Assembly: GCA_027858295.1 (NCBI GenBank) | Contig: JAQICZ010000014.1 | Coordinates: 1,293-65,292 of the forward strand | Length of the DNA stretch: 64,000 nucleotides | Direction of reading: 5' to 3' | DNA from: Nanobdellota archaeon | Lineage (GTDB): Archaea > Nanobdellota > Nanobdellia > Pacearchaeales > GW2011-AR1 | Part shown: positions 60,830 through 64,000 of the stretch, one piece after another | Layout: the number at the start of each line of letters is the position of its first letter | Position numbering within the stretch: position 1 is the stretch's first letter | Notes under the pieces: model-generated | The model's database searches: none | Seen by the model: the letters and a program-made list of their open reading frames with translations, nothing else | Told to the model about the DNA's origin: nothing | Program-made: the position numbers and the translations under genes

Positions 60830-60925
60830 TTTAGTCTTTATCCCCTTTACAATCGAGCCCTACTTGCCCAAATAATCTGGGGGAGTTATCGACTTTTTCA
60901 CCTAATTGTCTGCCCATACTTAATT

Positions 60926-62122
60926 TCATTTTAACCTCCTCAATTTCTCCCTATAAACTCTCTTTTCTCTTCTAACTTTGAAAAACATCATTGCAACAAA
61001 TACAATAAGAACAAAATACAAGAGCGGTAAGAAAGAAAAACTTCTTCCTGTAACATCTATCGCAGAGCTCGCTTCAAATGTTCTCTTCCCATCATAATAA
61101 ACTCTACCACTAATCACATACCTTCCTTCTTTCTGTGGAGTAAAATACATTAAAAATTTCTCAACACTCCCCTGATCCACAATTAATTCTTCACTCTCAA
61201 ACACTTGAACAATCTGACCATTATATGTAGCCTTCCCCTTAAACCTGGCTTTAACGTCTTTTTCTCCCGTATTCTTAAAACTAGCTTCAAACGGAACCGT
61301 CTCTTTTGTCTTAACATCTCTTTTAGATAAAATACTCTGCAAAATTCCCTGAGACTTCAATGCACCCTCGGCTAAAATATCAAATGTCAAAAGACTACTC
61401 TGCAAACAATCCGGCAAAGACAAATCTCCCCAATACTGACCCAATTCAAAATCAGTAGAATCAATTCTAAATTCTATGTCCCGGTCAATAGTTGGTAGAA
61501 TACTCTCCCCAATAAAATTTTCCTTACTAACAAGGTCAATCTGTTCAGAGTCCCAGATATCAAACAAAACTTCTGGACTAAGTCTTACATTCCCCTTATT
61601 CAAAACATTCATTCTTAAAACAACATCATCACCAACTTCCGCAGAAGAAACTTCAAAGTTCTTTGCAAAACAAGCTTTCGACTCAACATCTGTAACACTT
61701 ATAGTTATTGCCAAATCCAAAGTAGATTTAATCTTTCCAACAGCGTGGTCTTCAACACTCTCAGCAATAGACTCCGTAAACACCTTCATGAAACCAGTAT
61801 AATTTCCATTAGGCGTATCTGATGGTGGAATAATTGAAATTTTCAAATACTTTAACTCATTCTTAGAAACCGCAAAAGTTTCCTCCGGATAAGTCAACCA
61901 CTCCGCAATATTCCCACGAGCTTCCAGCCTCACATCAACTGGCTGCTCACTATCCGCAGAAATGGCAATATAGTCCTCTGCATAACCAGAACGCATTACA
62001 TCCTCAAAATTCAACACCGCAGGACTAACCCCAATGTTAACCGCACTCACAAAAGAAAAAGTATGAATTAAAATTACCATTAAGACTAAAGTACGAACTA
62101 AATTATTATTTCTTTTTTTCAT
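60926..62122 (-). CDS. Secreted two-domain beta-sandwich protein with a C-terminal TM anchor (398 aa from the ATG at 62122).
   Basis: MKKRNNNLVRTLVLMVILIHTFSFVSA, then VNIGVSPAVLNFEDV...PNGNYTGFMKV, an Ig-like adhesin or chaperone-like pattern. The C-terminus is LPLLYFVLIVFVAMMFF followed by KVRREKR. The track's upstream 39 codons are module DNA. Confidence 0.7.
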   Translation of the reverse strand: MKKRNNNLVRTLVLMVILIHTFSFVSAVNIGVSPAVLNFEDVMRSGYAEDYIAISADSEQPVDVRLEARGNIAEWLTYPEETFAVSKNELKYLKISIIPPSDTPNGNYTGFMKVFTESIAESVEDHAVGKIKSTLDLAITISVTDVESKACFAKNFEVSSAEVGDDVVLRMNVLNKGNVRLSPEVLFDIWDSEQIDLVSKENFIGESILPTIDRDIEFRIDSTDFELGQYWGDLSLPDCLQSSLLTFDILAEGALKSQGILQSILSKRDVKTKETVPFEASFKNTGEKDVKARFKGKATYNGQIVQVFESEELIVDQGSVEKFLMYFTPQKEGRYVISGRVYYDGKRTFEASSAIDVTGRSFSFLPLLYFVLIVFVAMMFFKVRREKRVYREKLRRLK

Positions 62123-62139
62123 TATTATTTCCATCCAGA

Positions 62140-62235
62140 CCCTAAACCTTTTTCCCCGTTGAAAGTTTTCCAAGGCTTTCACCCTGTCTGAAAAAAGTTT
62201 TCCCATACACCGAAGCGAATGGTTAATTTTAGCCC
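62140..62235 (-). repeat. Copy of the recurrent upstream module.
   Basis: ccctaaaccttttt..gaaagttttccaaggctttc..ctgtctgaaaaaagttttcccatac..gcgaatgg. Confidence 0.8.
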
Positions 62236-62242
62236 CCAAGCT

Positions 62243-62534
62243 ATTTTGTTTTTTATGAGTTCTTCGATATCAGACTTTCGTCATTGACATCAATGATGTT
62301 TTTTGTGAGTACAGCAATAAGTTTTTCAAGTCGCCCCTTATTTTAGAGCGACTCTTTTCCCCTATAGCCGTTATTTGTTTTCGTGAGTATAAAGGGCATC
62401 CGAAGATGCCCAAGGTATCAAAAGTGTGCGAGACACTTCAGTTATTTATAGACTCTGTAATCCGTCACCTCTAACTTTTTACCCAGTCTGCGATTTGTGT
62501 TTGTTTGCGAATATGAATGGGCTCCTTAGAGCCC
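62243..62534 (-). other. ORF-free structured spacer: five hairpins interleaved with four copies of ACTCAYRAAAACAAAT (minus-strand reading).
   Basis: Motif copies lie at 62243..62260, 62297..62311, 62373..62389 and 62493..62513. Hairpins lie at 62281..62296, 62329..62353, 62394..62411 (GGGCATC-CGAA-GATGCCC, which is UUCG on the minus strand), 62422..62438 and 62519..62534. Confidence 0.6.
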
Positions 62535-62581
62535 GTAATCATAAAAAAAAGAAAAAAGTTAAACTAAAAATAAAAATAACC

Positions 62582-63268
62582 TTAATCTAATTCCACGAAA
62601 AAGTAATAGTCTTTTGTATCACTATTACCATGCCCATCTTCTAATACAAGCATCTCAAAATCATGTGACTTATTGTCATACCCTGTTGCGTCGTTTTCTA
62701 AAATAGAAGCAAACACAGCAGCTTCACCATCCCACAATAAAAGCTCTTCGAAACTTGAACCACTTGTCCCTGTACTATCATAAACATTTGTACTTGAACA
62801 ACTATCCAATGTAGACCCCGCAATGATATGTGATCCCGCAGTCCCTACAAAAGTTTCATCAACACCGTCTGTTCCTGTCGCTTGATATGCTGTCTCCAAT
62901 GCTGTTATGTTCGCAGCACTCGCACAAGCAATATTTGACCAATCAACAGTTTGATTTACCGATGCCAAAACCTTCCCTGATGGATTTGCAGCAGACCAAT
63001 TATACATAACTTTTCCAGCCGCATCAGATAGCTCAATTGCACCTGAAACATTACCGAAAAAACCAGTCCAAGTTTGAGTAGTCGTTGACCCTGAGATTAC
63101 TAATTCTGTAACGTTCCCCGCCAAAGCAGGAGTTGAAGTCGCAGCAGTAATAGCAGCAGTTGTTGAATTTTCAACATCAACAGTTGAAGCACCATTAACA
63201 GCTAAAGCAAAGCTCGCACTAAGCAGAACACTCATAATCATTACAGCAAATAAATATATTTTTTTCAT
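62582..63268 (-). CDS. Family A secreted protein, divergent paralog.
   Basis: Signal peptide MIMSVLLSASFALA. It carries TWTGFFGNVSG and HDFEMLVLEDG and ends in YYFFVELD. A GGGGGAAA SD lies directly upstream of the ATG. Confidence 0.8.
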   Translation of the reverse strand: MKKIYLFAVMIMSVLLSASFALAVNGASTVDVENSTTAAITAATSTPALAGNVTELVISGSTTTQTWTGFFGNVSGAIELSDAAGKVMYNWSAANPSGKVLASVNQTVDWSNIACASAANITALETAYQATGTDGVDETFVGTAGSHIIAGSTLDSCSSTNVYDSTGTSGSSFEELLLWDGEAAVFASILENDATGYDNKSHDFEMLVLEDGHGNSDTKDYYFFVELD

Positions 63269-63302
63269 TTTCCCCCAGATTCCCCCTTTTTAACTCTATG
63301 TT

Positions 63303-63920
63303 TTAACTTTGTTCCCCTTTAGCTCTAACAATCTCTCCCAAGATATTCTCAGGGTCATACAATGGCAAAATAGAATCTAACGAAAGCGTAGATAGATTGC
63401 CCTTCGTAATGAAGGAGCAATCTATCTGCTTGTCAAGTGTCTTGATAAATGAGTTTACTTTCTGTTTCACCTCTTTTGACCCAGAAAGAACCAGAACCCG
63501 CGTTAACGAATTCTCCTCTAAATAAACACCCTCTATTTTACCCAAGTATTCATCCAACTTCCAAAACAACTTTTCTATTGGATAATGTAATGTTGAATCC
63601 GCAACCATCCAGATATTCAATATCGCTTTGTGATGTGCGGTTAAGTATAATAGTTTCTTCTCAGCAACGTCTTTCGTTAAAATACTCAGTTGCGCCATCT
63701 CCTGAGTAAGACTATAAACATTTCTGGGCTTGCCTTTTTCAGCAGCCCCAGTTCTCGTTTTATATATAATCCCAGAAACTTCCAAAAGTTTCAACTGCTG
63801 GCTCACGTATGAGACCGTTGTTGATAATTGTTCAGATAATTCGATTGGAGACGAAGGTTTCTTCGCCAAAATCGTTAATATCTCCCACCTCTTTTCGCCC
63901 AGGAACAAATCTATGTTCAT
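63303..63920 (-). CDS. ArsR-like winged-helix transcriptional regulator with a C-terminal domain of unknown function.
   Basis: RWEILTILAKKPSSPIELSEQLSTTVSYVSQQLKLLEVSGIIY is a typical ArsR/wHTH pattern. Confidence 0.65.
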   Translation of the reverse strand: MNIDLFLGEKRWEILTILAKKPSSPIELSEQLSTTVSYVSQQLKLLEVSGIIYKTRTGAAEKGKPRNVYSLTQEMAQLSILTKDVAEKKLLYLTAHHKAILNIWMVADSTLHYPIEKLFWKLDEYLGKIEGVYLEENSLTRVLVLSGSKEVKQKVNSFIKTLDKQIDCSFITKGNLSTLSLDSILPLYDPENILGEIVRAKGEQS

Positions 63921-64000
63921 TATAACCTCTATATCAAGTACAGACCGAAATACTATTTAAACGTTTTGTTTATTTTGTTAAAAAGAACACTTAATTAAAC

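Noticed and set aside
62123-62239. 39-codon N-terminal extension of 60926..62239. The same issue applies to 58439..58480 and 11696..11788.
   Set aside because: The extensions consist of module or heptamer-repeat DNA. Internal Met codons give canonical signal peptides or the conserved protein N-terminus (MPINVNDPEY for the GTPase).
1-64000. Transposase, integrase or prophage content to explain the many repeats.
   Set aside because: No ORF shows DDE, tyrosine or serine recombinase, or capsid or terminase motifs. The repeats are short non-coding elements.

Overview
AT-rich archaeal window. The archaeal call rests on an archaeal/eukaryal-type short TyrRS with a KMSSS motif, a DRG-type GTPase with a TGS domain, G-rich Shine-Dalgarno boxes and TATA-like boxes. 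The gene content looks like a small-genome, DPANN-like lineage, but that is inference only.

Nearly all genes are on the minus strand. About half the window is two paralogous giant surface-protein genes of 4849 aa (19256..33805) and 6119 aa (37527..55886). Both are built from a shared N-terminal head, dozens of ~90-aa Ig-like repeats, DUF2341+LamG modules and unnamed beta domains.

Around the giants sit two families of small secreted paralogs:
- Family A has 4 free-standing copies, all ending in YVEL[D/E]-COOH. The same ~185-aa domain forms the C-terminus of the 4849-aa giant.
- Family B has 2 copies plus one 3' remnant.

Other genes in these loci are three wHTH regulators, an HExxH polytopic membrane protein, two membrane-anchored beta-rich proteins and a 654-aa secreted protein. 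The left part of the window holds a 5'-truncated surface protein with an embedded DUF3494 ice-binding-like domain, an S8 subtilase with an Ig-repeat tail, and housekeeping or small genes (DUF378, TspO, DRG GTPase, TyrRS, a GxxExxY protein, a four-helix-bundle protein).

The non-coding DNA is unusually structured:
1. Two paralogous candidate ncRNA genes consist almost entirely of back-to-back cUUCGg-capped hairpins. Each has a TATA-like box 21-22 nt upstream and a GC-stem/U-tract terminator.
2. A ~100-bp upstream module recurs at least 9 times ahead of secreted-protein genes. It is tandemly duplicated at two sites, SD and ATG included.
3. Degenerate heptanucleotide tandem arrays (AAC-N4 phase) sit at many gene 5' ends and inside signal-peptide coding regions.

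No rRNA, tRNA, CRISPR array, transposase or integrase was recognised. All family names come from my reading of motifs; no database search was run.
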